64,000 nt of DNA from an uncultured Chloroflexia bacterium (GCA_963788235.1 CAWBFV010000004.1:1012241-1076240), one strand, 5' to 3'. Shown: positions 38,357-48,387, counted from the first letter of the stretch. Translations and numbers: made by a program. Notes: generated by a model from the letters alone, not told the origin.

Positions 38357-40098
38357 CCGATCCGGACGCGCCGCAGTCCGACGGCCCGGGCCGCCTGCTC
38401 GAGTTGACGGTCAGCGACCTCGCGCTCATCGACCGCCTGCGGATCGACTTCGACGCCGGGTTCAACGTCGTGAGCGGGGAGACCGGGGCAGGGAAGAGCC
38501 TGCTCATCGATGCGCTCGGTCTCGCGCTCGGCGCCCGTGCCGACACCTCGCTCGTCCGCCACGGCGCCGAAACCGCGCGGGTCGAGGCGCTGTTCGATCG
38601 ATTGCCGGAGCCGCTGATCGCGGTCCGCGAGGTCGCCGCCAACGGCCGCTCGACCGCCCGCATCGACGACGCCACGGTCACCGCCGGCCGGCTTGCCGAG
38701 GAGGTCGGACCGCTCGTCGAGATCCACGGCCAGCACGAACAGGGCCGGCTGCTCGATGAGCGCTGGCAGCGCGACCTGCTCGATGGCTTCGGTGAGCACG
38801 GCGAGCTGCGAGCGACGATGACCGGGGCGGTCGAGCGGTGGCGCGAGAACCGGGCGGCACTCGATGCCGCGGCGCTCGATCCCCGTGAAGTCGCGCGACG
38901 GGTCGATCTGCTCGAGCACGAGTCGACTGAGATCTCGGCGGCGAACCTCCGTCCCGGCGAGGCCGATGAGATCCGCGCCCGGCTGACGGCGGCGCAGCAT
39001 GGCGAGGCGATCGCCCGGGGAGCGGCCGCGCTCCGCGAGGCGCTGACCCAGGAAGGGAGCGGCGCACGCGATGCCGCAGCCGTCGCGCTCCAGGAGGCGC
39101 GCGGGATCGCCAGGCTCGACCCGCGCTTCGAGGGCCTCGCCGATCGACTCGCCGGCCTCGAGGCCGAGCTCAGCGACGTCGCCGATGATGCGCGCCGCCT
39201 GGCCGAGACCGTCGACCACGACCCGCGGGCGGTCGCGGAGCTCGATGCGCGGCTGGGCGTGATCCACGGGTTGCTGCGCCGGTACGGCGACGACGAGCCA
39301 TCGGTGATCGCCCACGGCGAGCGCGCCGCCGCCGAGGCCGAGCGGCTGCGCGGGCTCGATGCGGAACGCGCGAACCGCCAGCGCGACGATGCCCGGCTGC
39401 TGCTCGAGGTCGCATCGGCGGCCGCCGCGTTGTCGACTGCGCGCCGCGGCGCTGCGGCCGTCCTGACGGACGCCGTCGACGGCGTGCTGCAGGAGCTCGG
39501 CTTCCCCGAGGGCGTGTTCGACGTCGCGCTCGGCCGGCAACCGGCCGGACCGGGCGAACCGGCGGTCGAGATCGATGGCGACGCGGTCACGTTCGATGCC
39601 GCCGGTGTCGATCAGGTCGTGTACCGGCTCGCACCGAACACCGGTGAGCCGGCACGCCCGCTGGCACGCATCGCCTCGGGCGGGGAGCTGTCGCGGGTCG
39701 CCCTGGCGATCAAGCGCGTGCTCGCCGAGGCCGACGCGACGCCGACGCTCGTCTTCGACGAGGTCGATTCGGGGATCGGCGGTCGGAGCGCGGACCCGGT
39801 CGGCCGGTCGCTGTGGGGACTCGCCCGCCGACACCAGGTCCTGTGTGTCACGCACTTGCCGCAGATCGCCGCCCACGCCGATGCCCACTACCGGATCGCC
39901 AAGCGGGAACGCGGCGGTCGAACCGTCACCGAGGTCGAGCGGCTCGATCGCGAGGGACGGATCGTGGAGCTGGCCGCGATGCTCGGCGGTGGCCCCGGCG
40001 ATCCGGCGTCGCTCGCCTCGGCGCGTGAGCTGCTCGACCGCGCCGAATCGTGGCGAGGCGGACCGGTCGAGGCGGCGGGCGTCGACCGATCGGCGTGA
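38353..40098 (+). CDS. recN: DNA repair protein RecN
   Basis: Walker A (VSGETGAGKSLLIDAL), a long coiled coil, and signature/Walker B (SGGELSRVALAIKRVL, LVFDEVDSGIGG). Conserved tlyA-nadK-recN order. Confidence 0.85.
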   Translation: MTDPDAPQSDGPGRLLELTVSDLALIDRLRIDFDAGFNVVSGETGAGKSLLIDALGLALGARADTSLVRHGAETARVEALFDRLPEPLIAVREVAANGRSTARIDDATVTAGRLAEEVGPLVEIHGQHEQGRLLDERWQRDLLDGFGEHGELRATMTGAVERWRENRAALDAAALDPREVARRVDLLEHESTEISAANLRPGEADEIRARLTAAQHGEAIARGAAALREALTQEGSGARDAAAVALQEARGIARLDPRFEGLADRLAGLEAELSDVADDARRLAETVDHDPRAVAELDARLGVIHGLLRRYGDDEPSVIAHGERAAAEAERLRGLDAERANRQRDDARLLLEVASAAAALSTARRGAAAVLTDAVDGVLQELGFPEGVFDVALGRQPAGPGEPAVEIDGDAVTFDAAGVDQVVYRLAPNTGEPARPLARIASGGELSRVALAIKRVLAEADATPTLVFDEVDSGIGGRSADPVGRSLWGLARRHQVLCVTHLPQIAAHADAHYRIAKRERGGRTVTEVERLDREGRIVELAAMLGGGPGDPASLASARELLDRAESWRGGPVEAAGVDRSA

Positions 40099-41018
40099 AC
40101 CTCGATCGCGCGATCGAGGACTACCTCGCGTACCTCCACGTCGAGCGCGGCCTCGCCGCGGCGACGATCCGTGCCTACCGCGGCGACCTGCGCGATTTCG
40201 CGACGAGCGTGAGCGCCGGTGACGGGGGAGGGGGCGGCGCCTGGGACCGCTCGGCGGATCCCGCGGTCCGGTACCTGGCCGCACGGACCCACCGCGGCAC
40301 GCCCGGCGAACGGGCATTGGCCCCGACCAGCCTGCGACGGCGAGCGGCGGCCCTCAAGGGGTTTTACCGCTTCGCGTTCGGGGAGGGCCTGATCGAGAAG
40401 GACGTGGCGACGCATCTCGACCTGCCGCGCCAGAGCCGCCGGTTGCCCGAGACCCTCGACGTCGCCGAGGTCGATCGATTGCTCGAGGCGGCGTCGACCG
40501 GCGGGATCCGCGATCGGGCCCTGCTCGAGCTGCTCTATGCGGCTGGCTTGCGTGTGAGCGAGGCGATCGGGCTCGACCGCGAGGACCTGTCGCTCGACGG
40601 CGCGTTCGTGCGGGTGATCGGCAAGGGCGACAAGGAACGCCTGGTGCCGATCGGCGAGATCTCGATCGACCATGTCCGTGCCTGGCTCGATGGTCCGCGC
40701 GCGGCATTGCTCGCGCAGCATCACGTCGTCCCGGTGCGCGGCGGCCCGGTGTTCCTGGGCGATCGTGGACGTCGGCTGGCGCGCCAGCAGGCCTGGGCGG
40801 CGGTCACGGCAGCGGCGGGTCGTGCCGGCTTGTCGGGGCGCGTCAGCCCGCACACCCTGCGCCACTCGTTCGCCACGCATCTCCTCGAGGGCGGGGCCGA
40901 CCTGCGGGTCGTCCAGGAGTTGCTCGGGCATGCGAGTATCTCCACGACCCAGCTGTACACGCATCTCACCGGGGAGCGGATCCGGGACGTCTATCGCCGG
41001 GCCCATCCGCGGGCCTGA
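40095..41018 (+). CDS. xerD: tyrosine recombinase XerD/XerC
   Basis: N-terminal core-binding domain plus catalytic R...HxxR...Y (LRVSEAIGL, HTLRHSFATHLLEGGADLRVVQELLGHASISTTQLYTH). Confidence 0.8.
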   Translation: MNLDRAIEDYLAYLHVERGLAAATIRAYRGDLRDFATSVSAGDGGGGGAWDRSADPAVRYLAARTHRGTPGERALAPTSLRRRAAALKGFYRFAFGEGLIEKDVATHLDLPRQSRRLPETLDVAEVDRLLEAASTGGIRDRALLELLYAAGLRVSEAIGLDREDLSLDGAFVRVIGKGDKERLVPIGEISIDHVRAWLDGPRAALLAQHHVVPVRGGPVFLGDRGRRLARQQAWAAVTAAAGRAGLSGRVSPHTLRHSFATHLLEGGADLRVVQELLGHASISTTQLYTHLTGERIRDVYRRAHPRA

Positions 41019-41039
41019 AGGCAGGAGGCACTCGAACCG

Positions 41040-41798
41040 ATGAGCTACGTCGCCGGTCTGCTCTCGAGCGGGGAGCGGGTGATGCATCGCGAGAAGCAGC
41101 ACTGGTTCGTGTTCGTCTGGGGGGCCCGGTACACGATCCTCGCGGTGATCGTGGCGGTGATCCTGCTGGTCTTCAAGAACAACCTCAACCAGCCATGGGC
41201 CGACATCGTCAACTACCTGGCGATCGCGCTGTTCGTGGGCGGGCTCGCGCTGCTGCTCTGGATCGTGCTCCGGTACATGAACCAGGAGTACATCCTCACC
41301 AACCGTCGCGTCATCGCGGTCGAGGGCGTGCTGAACAAGAAGGTCACCGACTCGTCGCTCGAGAAGATCAACGACGCGGTGCTCACCCAATCGATCTTCG
41401 GGCGCGTCTTCGGGTTCGGCGACCTCGAGGTCCTGACCGCGTCGGAAGCCGGCATCAGCCTCTTCCGGATGCTCATCAACCCCATGGCGTTCAAGCGCGC
41501 GATGCTCGATGCCAAGCACGAGTACGAGCGCGATCTCGCCGGGACGGGATACGCCGGCAGTCCGCCACTGCGTGCGGAGCCGATGCCCCTCGCGACATCC
41601 GCGGGCGTCGTCCGCGAACCCGCGAGCGAGGACACGGTGTCGACCGCGGTCCCCGCCGCGCCATCGTCGGCCGCCGAGCCGCTCACCCGCGAGGACGTGA
41701 CCCGAACGCTGAACAGCCTCGCGGACCTGCGCGACCGCGGCGCGATCAGCAACGAGGAGTTCGAGCGCAAGAAGGCGGACCTGCTCGGTCGTCTCTGA
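41040..41798 (+). CDS. membrane protein with a bacterial PH (DUF304-like) domain and a C-terminal SHOCT motif
   Basis: Two TM helices flank a YdbT-like PH domain (ILTNRRVIAVEG...FGDLEV). The C-terminus is LADLRDRGAISNEEFERKKADLL. Confidence 0.5.
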   Translation: MSYVAGLLSSGERVMHREKQHWFVFVWGARYTILAVIVAVILLVFKNNLNQPWADIVNYLAIALFVGGLALLLWIVLRYMNQEYILTNRRVIAVEGVLNKKVTDSSLEKINDAVLTQSIFGRVFGFGDLEVLTASEAGISLFRMLINPMAFKRAMLDAKHEYERDLAGTGYAGSPPLRAEPMPLATSAGVVREPASEDTVSTAVPAAPSSAAEPLTREDVTRTLNSLADLRDRGAISNEEFERKKADLLGRL

Positions 41799-41848
41799 CC
41801 CCGGGGAGCCGCCCGGCTACCATACGCGGGACCCGCTAGAGGACTCCC

Positions 41849-42505
41849 GTGTCCGACGAACTCATCGCCTCAGTCATCGTCGTCGCGATCATGCTGCTCA
41901 TCGGTTTCCCGGTGCACGAGTTCTCGCACGCGCTTGCCGCGTATCGGCTCGGCGACAGCACGGCAAAGCATCTCGGCCGGCTCACGCTCAACCCGATCGC
42001 GCATTTCGATCCGCTGGGCGGGATTCTCCTCGCGGTGACGTTCATCGGCCAGACCGGGTTCGGGTTCGGCTGGGCGAAGCCGACGCCGGTCAACCCGAAC
42101 AACCTCGAGGGCGGTCGATGGGGCGAGGCGATCGTCGCGGCCGCGGGCCCGCTCTCGAACCTCGTGCTGGCGATCGTCGCGGCGTTGCCGCTGCGCTACA
42201 TCCTCGGTAACCCCGAGCTGGCGGCGACCATCCCCGACCTTGTGATCCAGGTGCTCGTCCTATTCGTGATCATCAACATCATCCTGATGCTGTTCAACCT
42301 GTTCCCGATCCCGCCGCTCGACGGCTCCAAGGTGCTCTTCGCCCTGCTCCCGCCGCGGGTCGCCTGGCAGTGGCGGCCGATGCTCGAGCAGTACGGCTTC
42401 CTGCTGTTGATCCTGTTCTTCTTCATCCCGCCGGGTAACTCGATCGGCGGGCGGATCATCGGCCCACTCATCAGTGGACTCTTCGGCCTCCTGGTGGGCC
42501 GCTAA
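41849..42505 (+). CDS. site-2 protease family (peptidase M50) membrane metalloprotease
   Basis: HEFSH (HExxH) in a TM helix and LFNLFPIPPLDG, typical of M50/SpoIVFB. Confidence 0.7.
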   Translation: MSDELIASVIVVAIMLLIGFPVHEFSHALAAYRLGDSTAKHLGRLTLNPIAHFDPLGGILLAVTFIGQTGFGFGWAKPTPVNPNNLEGGRWGEAIVAAAGPLSNLVLAIVAALPLRYILGNPELAATIPDLVIQVLVLFVIINIILMLFNLFPIPPLDGSKVLFALLPPRVAWQWRPMLEQYGFLLLILFFFIPPGNSIGGRIIGPLISGLFGLLVGR

Positions 42506-42974
42506 GGTCCGCCAGTTCCGGTCGCACATCCGGGCCGGCGTGGCCCCGGACGAGCGGGCCGGACTGGTCGACTGGCTGACCCCCGCACAACTGGAGCTGT
42601 ACGACCGGATGCACGTCGCCGATCGCCGTCACGGGCTCGATGTCGTGGCGACGCTGCGCTCCGAGGGCGTCGCCGACCCCGAGGTCCTCGTCGCCGGGTT
42701 GCTCCATGACGCCGGGAAGGGCGACACCGGGGTGTGGCCGCGGGTCGCCCATTCGCTCGCACAGGCGTATGGACACTGGATCTGGCGGACGGCCGGCGTG
42801 CTGCCCGGGATGGCGGGCGCCATCGAGCGGCTTCGGGACCATGCTGAGACGTCGGCGCAGCTCGCGGCGGCCGCCGGCTGCTCGCCACGGACCGTGGAGC
42901 TGATCCGGCACCAGGACGCCCCGATCGACCCCGACGCCGGGCGCCTGCTCCAGCTCGCCGACGAGGCGAACTGA
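42474..42974 (+). CDS. HD-domain phosphohydrolase
   Basis: H...HD motif (LLHDAGK). The start is uncertain, with an alternative GTG near 42540. Confidence 0.5.
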   Translation: MDSSASWWAAKVRQFRSHIRAGVAPDERAGLVDWLTPAQLELYDRMHVADRRHGLDVVATLRSEGVADPEVLVAGLLHDAGKGDTGVWPRVAHSLAQAYGHWIWRTAGVLPGMAGAIERLRDHAETSAQLAAAAGCSPRTVELIRHQDAPIDPDAGRLLQLADEAN

Positions 42975-43864
42975 TGCTGCCCGACGGAGCCGGCACGCCC
43001 GGCCGGCCGGTGATGGCGGTCGGATCGGAGCTCGATCCCTCGGACGCCACGATCCGCTTCGGCGAGGGTCGCCGTCCGGAGACCGCGACCACGGTCCAGC
43101 TCTCGATGTTCGACGGTCCGCTCGGCCTGCTGCTGTCGCTGATCGAGGCGCGCCAGCTCGACGTGCTGACCGTGCCGCTCGGGGGTCTCGCCGACGCCTA
43201 CCTCGACGCGCTGGCCGGTCTCGAGGCGGACCGGCTCGGCAACGTCAGCGCATTCGTGGCGGTCGCGTCGCAGCTGATCCTCATCAAGAGCCGCGCGATG
43301 CTGCCGCGATCGCCGGTGATGGCCGCGACGGCGCTGGACGGCGACGACCTGGGCGATCCGGAAGAACAGCTCCGTGCCAGGCTGCTGCTCTATCGGGCGC
43401 ACCGCGACGCCGGGCTGCGACTCGCCGATGGGGCGCTGGAACGGGTCGGGTTGTTCCGCCGGGAGCCAGGTGCGGCGCGGGCCGCGGGGATGGCCGGCGC
43501 GCGCCCAGCCGATGCCCCGCCGATCGACCCGGCCCGGCTCGTCGGCGCGCTCGCCCACCTCGCGATGATCGCGCTGCCGCCCGAGCCACCGCCCGAGGTC
43601 ATGCCGCGCACGATCACGCTGACCGAACGGGCCGCCATCATCCGCGCCGCGCTTCGAGAGGCGCCGACGATCGTCCTCCAGGACCTGCTCGCCGGCGTGC
43701 GCGATCGGGTCGTGATCGCGATCACGTTCCTCGCCATGCTGGAGCTGATGAAGCGCCGCGAGATCGTGGTCGAGCAGGACGTCCCGTGGGGTCCGATCGT
43801 GGCCAGATCGACCGGCACGGTCGCCGAGACGCCGCTCGATGAGTCGCTGGAGTCGTTCGCATGA
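42974..43864 (+). CDS. scpA: segregation and condensation protein A
   Basis: VQLSMFDGPLGLLLSLIEARQLDV...ITFLAMLELMK. Confidence 0.8.
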   Translation: MLPDGAGTPGRPVMAVGSELDPSDATIRFGEGRRPETATTVQLSMFDGPLGLLLSLIEARQLDVLTVPLGGLADAYLDALAGLEADRLGNVSAFVAVASQLILIKSRAMLPRSPVMAATALDGDDLGDPEEQLRARLLLYRAHRDAGLRLADGALERVGLFRREPGAARAAGMAGARPADAPPIDPARLVGALAHLAMIALPPEPPPEVMPRTITLTERAAIIRAALREAPTIVLQDLLAGVRDRVVIAITFLAMLELMKRREIVVEQDVPWGPIVARSTGTVAETPLDESLESFA

Positions 43865-44556
43865 CCGACGAGCAGCTCGGCCTGCGCGAGCAGGTCGACC
43901 TCGAGGAGTCGACCGATGACGGCTTCGAGGAGTCGACCGATCAAGCCGTCGACGAGCGCCCGCCGATCGAGCTGACCGAGGCGCGTCTCGAGGCGCTGCT
44001 GTTCGTCGCCGAGCGACCGCTCCGCCGCCGCGAGATCGCCGCGCTGGCCGGGACGGACCTCGACACCGTCGACGCGCGCCTGGGCGACCTCGAGGTCTCG
44101 CTCGGGGAGCGCGGCATCCGCCTGCTGGTCGATGGCGACCAGGTCGAGCTGGCGACGGCGCCGGAGGCCGGTGCGCTGATCGCGCGGTATGTCGGTGCGG
44201 ACGCAGTGCGCCTCTCCCCGGCGAGCCTCGAGACCCTCGCGATCATCGCCTACCGCCAGCCCGTGACGCGCGGCGCGATCGAGCGCATCCGCGGCGTCGA
44301 CTCCGACTACACCGTGCGGACGCTGCTCCATCGCCGCCTGATCGTCGAGCTCGGCCGATCCGGCGCGCCCGGACGACCGTTCCTGTACGGGACCGGGTTC
44401 GAGTTCCTCGAGCGGTTCGGGCTGACGAGCCTCGAGGAGCTGCCGCCACTCGACGTCGACGTCGCCGCGCGACTGGCGGAGGAGGGCGGCGAGCCGCTGA
44501 CCGAGTCGATGTTCCGCGAGGAGGCGCCGGTCGAGGAGGCCGCCACGGAGCCCTGA
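43861..44556 (+). CDS. scpB: segregation and condensation protein B
   Basis: Two winged-helix repeats (LEALLFVAERPL..., LETLAIIAYRQPVTRGAIERIRGV). Confidence 0.8.
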   Translation: MTDEQLGLREQVDLEESTDDGFEESTDQAVDERPPIELTEARLEALLFVAERPLRRREIAALAGTDLDTVDARLGDLEVSLGERGIRLLVDGDQVELATAPEAGALIARYVGADAVRLSPASLETLAIIAYRQPVTRGAIERIRGVDSDYTVRTLLHRRLIVELGRSGAPGRPFLYGTGFEFLERFGLTSLEELPPLDVDVAARLAEEGGEPLTESMFREEAPVEEAATEP

Positions 44557-45491
44557 TGCCAGCCGAGCGCTTGCAGAAGGTGCTGGCGGCCGCGGGGGTC
44601 GCATCGAGGCGGTCGGCCGAGACGCTGATCGCCGCGGGCCGCGTGACGGTCGACGGGCGGGTCGCGACCCTTGGCACGCAAGCCGACCCGGATCGTTCCG
44701 TGATCGCCGTCGACGGGCGCGTGATCGGGGCCGCGGCAGCGCACGCGTATCTCGTGCTGCACAAGCCGGGCGGCGTGACCTCGACGACGCGCGACCGGCA
44801 CGCCGACACGACCGTGCTGGACCTCGTGCCGACGGCGCTGGTCCCCGATGGAGCCCGCCTCTATCCGGTCGGTCGCCTCGACCAGGACAGCGAGGGCATG
44901 TTGCTGCTCACCAACGACGGGGCGTGGGCCGATCGCGTGCTCCATCCGCGACACGGCGTGGAGCGCGAGTACGCGCTAGGCCTGGACCGGGCGCTCGATG
45001 CGGACCAGGTGGCGGCACTCCAGGAGGGCATCCGCCTCGACGAGGGGCTCGCGACGCTCGGCGCTCTGCGGTCGATGACCGGGATCGAGGTCGATCGCCT
45101 CGCCAAGCTGCTCCGGCCATCGCCGCGGGACCTGGTCTGGTACCGGGCGACGCTGACGCAAGGCTGGAAGCGGCAGCTCCGCCGGATGTTCGGCGCGGTC
45201 GGCGCGCCGGTCGATCGGCTCGTCCGCGTGCGCATTGGCCCGGTCCGGATCGACGGTTTGCGCAGCGGCGCGGTGCGGCCCCTCAAGGCACCCGAGGTCC
45301 GCGGTCTCGGTGCCGGCGCTGGTCGATCCCGTGCTGCGAAGGCGGACACGGCGGGGGGGACCGAACCGGCCGAACCATCCCGGTCCGCCAAACCGGCCCG
45401 GTATCCTTCGCGCGATGGACGCGTTGGTGGTGGCGCTCGACGGCCCGGGGTCGTCCGGCAAGAGCAGCGTCGGCGAGGCAGCGGCGCGTGA
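44556..45491 (+). CDS. rluB: pseudouridine synthase (RsuA/RluB family) with a basic C-terminal tail
   Basis: S4 domain (RLQKVLAAAGVASRR) and catalytic RLDQDSEGMLLLTNDG. The tail overlaps the cmk start. Confidence 0.75.
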   Translation: MPAERLQKVLAAAGVASRRSAETLIAAGRVTVDGRVATLGTQADPDRSVIAVDGRVIGAAAAHAYLVLHKPGGVTSTTRDRHADTTVLDLVPTALVPDGARLYPVGRLDQDSEGMLLLTNDGAWADRVLHPRHGVEREYALGLDRALDADQVAALQEGIRLDEGLATLGALRSMTGIEVDRLAKLLRPSPRDLVWYRATLTQGWKRQLRRMFGAVGAPVDRLVRVRIGPVRIDGLRSGAVRPLKAPEVRGLGAGAGRSRAAKADTAGGTEPAEPSRSAKPARYPSRDGRVGGGARRPGVVRQEQRRRGSGA

Positions 45492-46113
45492 GGTCGGCTA
45501 CCGGTTCTGCGACACGGGGCTCCTGTACCGCGCGGTGACGTGGCTCGCCGAGCAGCGCGGGGTCGGGGTCGACGATCCTGAGGGCCTCGTGGACCTCGTG
45601 CGGGACGTGGAGCTTGCCGCCGACCGGCAGGGCCGCCTATCGCGCGTCGAAGTCGATGGGGTCGATCACACCGACGACGTGCGCGGGCCCGCGGTCGAAG
45701 CGGCGGTCTCGGCGGTGTCGGCCGTGCCGGAGGTGCGCGGCGCCCTCCTCGATCGTCAACGCCGGCTCGCCGCCGAGGGCGGCATCGTGATGGCCGGGCG
45801 CGACATCGGCACGGTCGTCCTGCCCGACGCCGACCTCAAGATCTTCCTCGACGCCTCGGTCGAGGAGCGAGCGCGGCGACGTGCCGAGCAGCGGGGCATC
45901 GACCCGACCGGGCCCGAAGGCATCGCGATCCTCGAAGCGCTGCGGCGACGGGATCGGCTCGACACGACGCGGGCCGTGGCGCCGCTGCGGATCGCGCCGG
46001 ATGCCCGGATCATCACGACCGACGGCAACGAATTCGACGACACGGTCGCGGCGGTCGTCGGCGCGATCCGGGACGCCGAGGCGCGGCTCGCGCCCGCTCC
46101 GCCGACCCGATGA
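45415..46113 (+). CDS. cmk: cytidylate kinase
   Basis: P-loop (VVALDGPGSSGKSSV) and FLDASVEERARRR. Confidence 0.85.
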   Translation: MDALVVALDGPGSSGKSSVGEAAAREVGYRFCDTGLLYRAVTWLAEQRGVGVDDPEGLVDLVRDVELAADRQGRLSRVEVDGVDHTDDVRGPAVEAAVSAVSAVPEVRGALLDRQRRLAAEGGIVMAGRDIGTVVLPDADLKIFLDASVEERARRRAEQRGIDPTGPEGIAILEALRRRDRLDTTRAVAPLRIAPDARIITTDGNEFDDTVAAVVGAIRDAEARLAPAPPTR

Positions 46114-46156
46114 CGGACGAAGCGCCGGCGGCCAAGCCGGCCCGCCGGCCAAGCCC

Positions 46157-46855
46157 GTGGCCCCGGTCACGCCGGTCGTCGACGAGATCACGCCCTGGAT
46201 GCATGCGCTGGCCGGCGCGGTCCGCCTCGGCGTCGCTGGCATCACGCGCGTGCGGATCGAGGGCGCGATCGACCAGATCCCGCGCGAGGGCCCGGTCATC
46301 GTCGCCGCCAACCACAGCTCGAACCTCGACGTGCCGGTGCTCGGCTCGTCGTTGATGCCAAAGCTCGGTCGGCGGCTGCAATGGCTGGGCAAGAAGGAAG
46401 TCCTGGAGTGGCCGGTCGTGGGCTGGATCGCGCGCAACGGCGGCGTACACGGGATCGATCGATCGACTGCCGACATCGACGCCTTCCGGCTCGCCGCGCG
46501 CATCCTCGAGGACGGGCACGCGCTGTTCGTCTTCCCGGAGGGCACGCGCTCGCACGACGGGTTGCTCGGGGCGGGGCGCGACGGGGTGGCCGTGTTGGCG
46601 CTGCGCACGGGCGCGCCGATCGTGCCGGTCGGGATCACCGGCTCGTACGAGCGCTGGCCCCGAGGCCAGAAGTTGCCGCACCCGGGCGGGCGCGTGACGG
46701 TCCGCGTCGGTACTCCGTTCCGCGTCCAGGACCTGCTACCGCCCGGCACGGATCGGCGAGCTGCCAAGACCCAGGCGACCGAGCTGATCATGCGCCGGAT
46801 CGCCGACCTGCTCCCCGAACGCCAGCGCGGGCGATACGGGTCGACCAGCGGCTGA
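46157..46855 (+). CDS. plsC: 1-acyl-sn-glycerol-3-phosphate acyltransferase
   Basis: NHSSNLD (HX4D) and FPEGTRS motifs. The start may instead be ATG 46110 (ATGA overlap with cmk) with a 1-nt indel in the GCCAAGCC repeat. Confidence 0.7.
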   Translation: MAPVTPVVDEITPWMHALAGAVRLGVAGITRVRIEGAIDQIPREGPVIVAANHSSNLDVPVLGSSLMPKLGRRLQWLGKKEVLEWPVVGWIARNGGVHGIDRSTADIDAFRLAARILEDGHALFVFPEGTRSHDGLLGAGRDGVAVLALRTGAPIVPVGITGSYERWPRGQKLPHPGGRVTVRVGTPFRVQDLLPPGTDRRAAKTQATELIMRRIADLLPERQRGRYGSTSG

Positions 46856-47410
46856 CCCCACGCGGCGTTCCGTCGATTCCCAGTCGACAAAATGGGCTCG
46901 AGGCTGGTGGATCGCCCCGGCGCGCCCGCATTGTTGCGTCGGAGTCGACAGAAAGGGCCTCAATGGCCCTTAGGCCCTGGCAAACCGGGTCTTGGACTCG
47001 ATCTTGTCGCCTGGCAGTCGACATTCCCGCTCGAATCGCCCGTCCGGGCTCCACCAGGGCCGCTTCGGCCCAATTCTGTCGCCTGGGAAGCAACAAAGGG
47101 ACACGGCGACCTGGGCGGGCGGAAATCGCCCGCCCATCCCACGCGGTTGGAACATCACGTGTTACGTGCGGAGGCTGAGCGCCCCGGGAGCACGCATCCG
47201 TCGGTCATTCGTAACGCGCCAGGTTCCGATCGGCGGCTGAGCCCCTGGATCTGGCGGGATGTGGACACGGCGACAATCCCTCAGCCCGAGTTCGTAACAC
47301 GTCATGTTCCGCCGGCGGCATTTCGTAACGCGTCATGTTCCAGGGCCCGCGCGAGCGTGCCGGCGGCCCGCTCGCCGGGCCGGAACCACACCCCGTGCGA
47401 TAATTCGTGC
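46856..47410. repeat. 555-bp non-coding region carrying four GTCGAC-centred palindromes and three direct copies of TTCGTAACRCGYCAKGTTCC
   Basis: GTCGAC-type motifs are CAGTCGACAAAATGGG (46880), GTCGACAGAAAGGG (46940), TTGTCGCCTGGCAGTCGACA (47006) and TGTCGCCTGGGAAGCAACAAAGGG (47078). Direct repeats are at about 47204, 47291 and 47323. Confidence 0.5.
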
Positions 47411-48385
47411 GTGGGAACGGTCCAGGAGGTCCGCATCGCGAAGCGGACCGGCTTCTGTTACGGGGTGCGTGAGGCGATCGACAAGGCCAAGGAGGCCTCG
47501 GCCGCCGGGAAGGCGACGCATACCCTCGGACAGGTCGTCCACAACGAGGGCGTGATCCAGGACCTCGAGCTGCTTGGCATCGAGACCGTCGACACGCTCG
47601 ACGACGTCGATCACGGCGCAGCGGTCGTGATCCGCGCGCACGGCGTCCGGCCCGACGTCATGGAACGCGCCGAGGCGCGTGGTCTCGAGGTCATCGACGG
47701 CACGTGCACCTGGGTCATCCAGGAGCAGAAGGAGCTCGCCCGCCTGGTCGAGGAGGGCTACACGATCGTCGTGCTCGGCACGCCGAAGCACCCCGAGGTC
47801 GTCGGCCTGCTCGGGTTCGCGCCCGACGCGATCGTGGTCGATGAGGAAGAGGAGTGGGACGCCGCTATCCCGCGCAAGAAGCGGATGGCGCTGCTCTCGC
47901 AATCGACCCAGCCGCCCTGGAAGTTCGAGAAGCTCGCCGCGCTGATGGTGTCGCGGGCGCACGAGCTCAAGATCGTCAACACCGTCTGCCCAGTCACGAT
48001 CCGCCGGCAGCAGGACACGATGGAGACCGCGTCCGAGGTCGACATCATGGTCGTCGTCGGCGGCCGATCGAGCGCGAACACCAAGGAGCTGACGCGGCTC
48101 TGCGAGATCGGCGGCACGCACGCGATCCAGATCGAAGGCGTGCCCGACCTGACCGACGCGTCCGTATTCGATGGCGCCAAGATCGTCGGCGTGACCGGCG
48201 GCACGTCGACGCCGATCGAGGACCTTCGCGACGTCAGCCAGCGGATCCTGGAGCTGGCGGGCACTCCCGACGCGGCCGCACGGGCCGATGAGCTCGCGGG
48301 CGCCGCCCTGGAGCTCGCAGCGACCCCCGCCGGTCGCACGACCTCGCTCCCGACCTTCACCCGACCGACCGCCGGCGCAGCCTGA
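47411..48385 (+). CDS. ispH: 4-hydroxy-3-methylbut-2-enyl diphosphate reductase
   Basis: RTGFCYGVREAID, HNEGV and VVGGRSSANT (LytB motifs). An alternative ATC at 47435 lies 5 nt after AGGAGG. Confidence 0.8.
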   Translation: MGTVQEVRIAKRTGFCYGVREAIDKAKEASAAGKATHTLGQVVHNEGVIQDLELLGIETVDTLDDVDHGAAVVIRAHGVRPDVMERAEARGLEVIDGTCTWVIQEQKELARLVEEGYTIVVLGTPKHPEVVGLLGFAPDAIVVDEEEEWDAAIPRKKRMALLSQSTQPPWKFEKLAALMVSRAHELKIVNTVCPVTIRRQQDTMETASEVDIMVVVGGRSSANTKELTRLCEIGGTHAIQIEGVPDLTDASVFDGAKIVGVTGGTSTPIEDLRDVSQRILELAGTPDAAARADELAGAALELAATPAGRTTSLPTFTRPTAGAA

Positions 48386-48387
48386 CC

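Noticed and set aside
45235-45414. 5' extension of the cmk ORF (MARSGSTVCAAARCG...)
   Set aside because: The extension overlaps the rluB C-terminus in another frame and lacks any kinase motif. The conserved P-loop begins right after the internal ATG at 45415.
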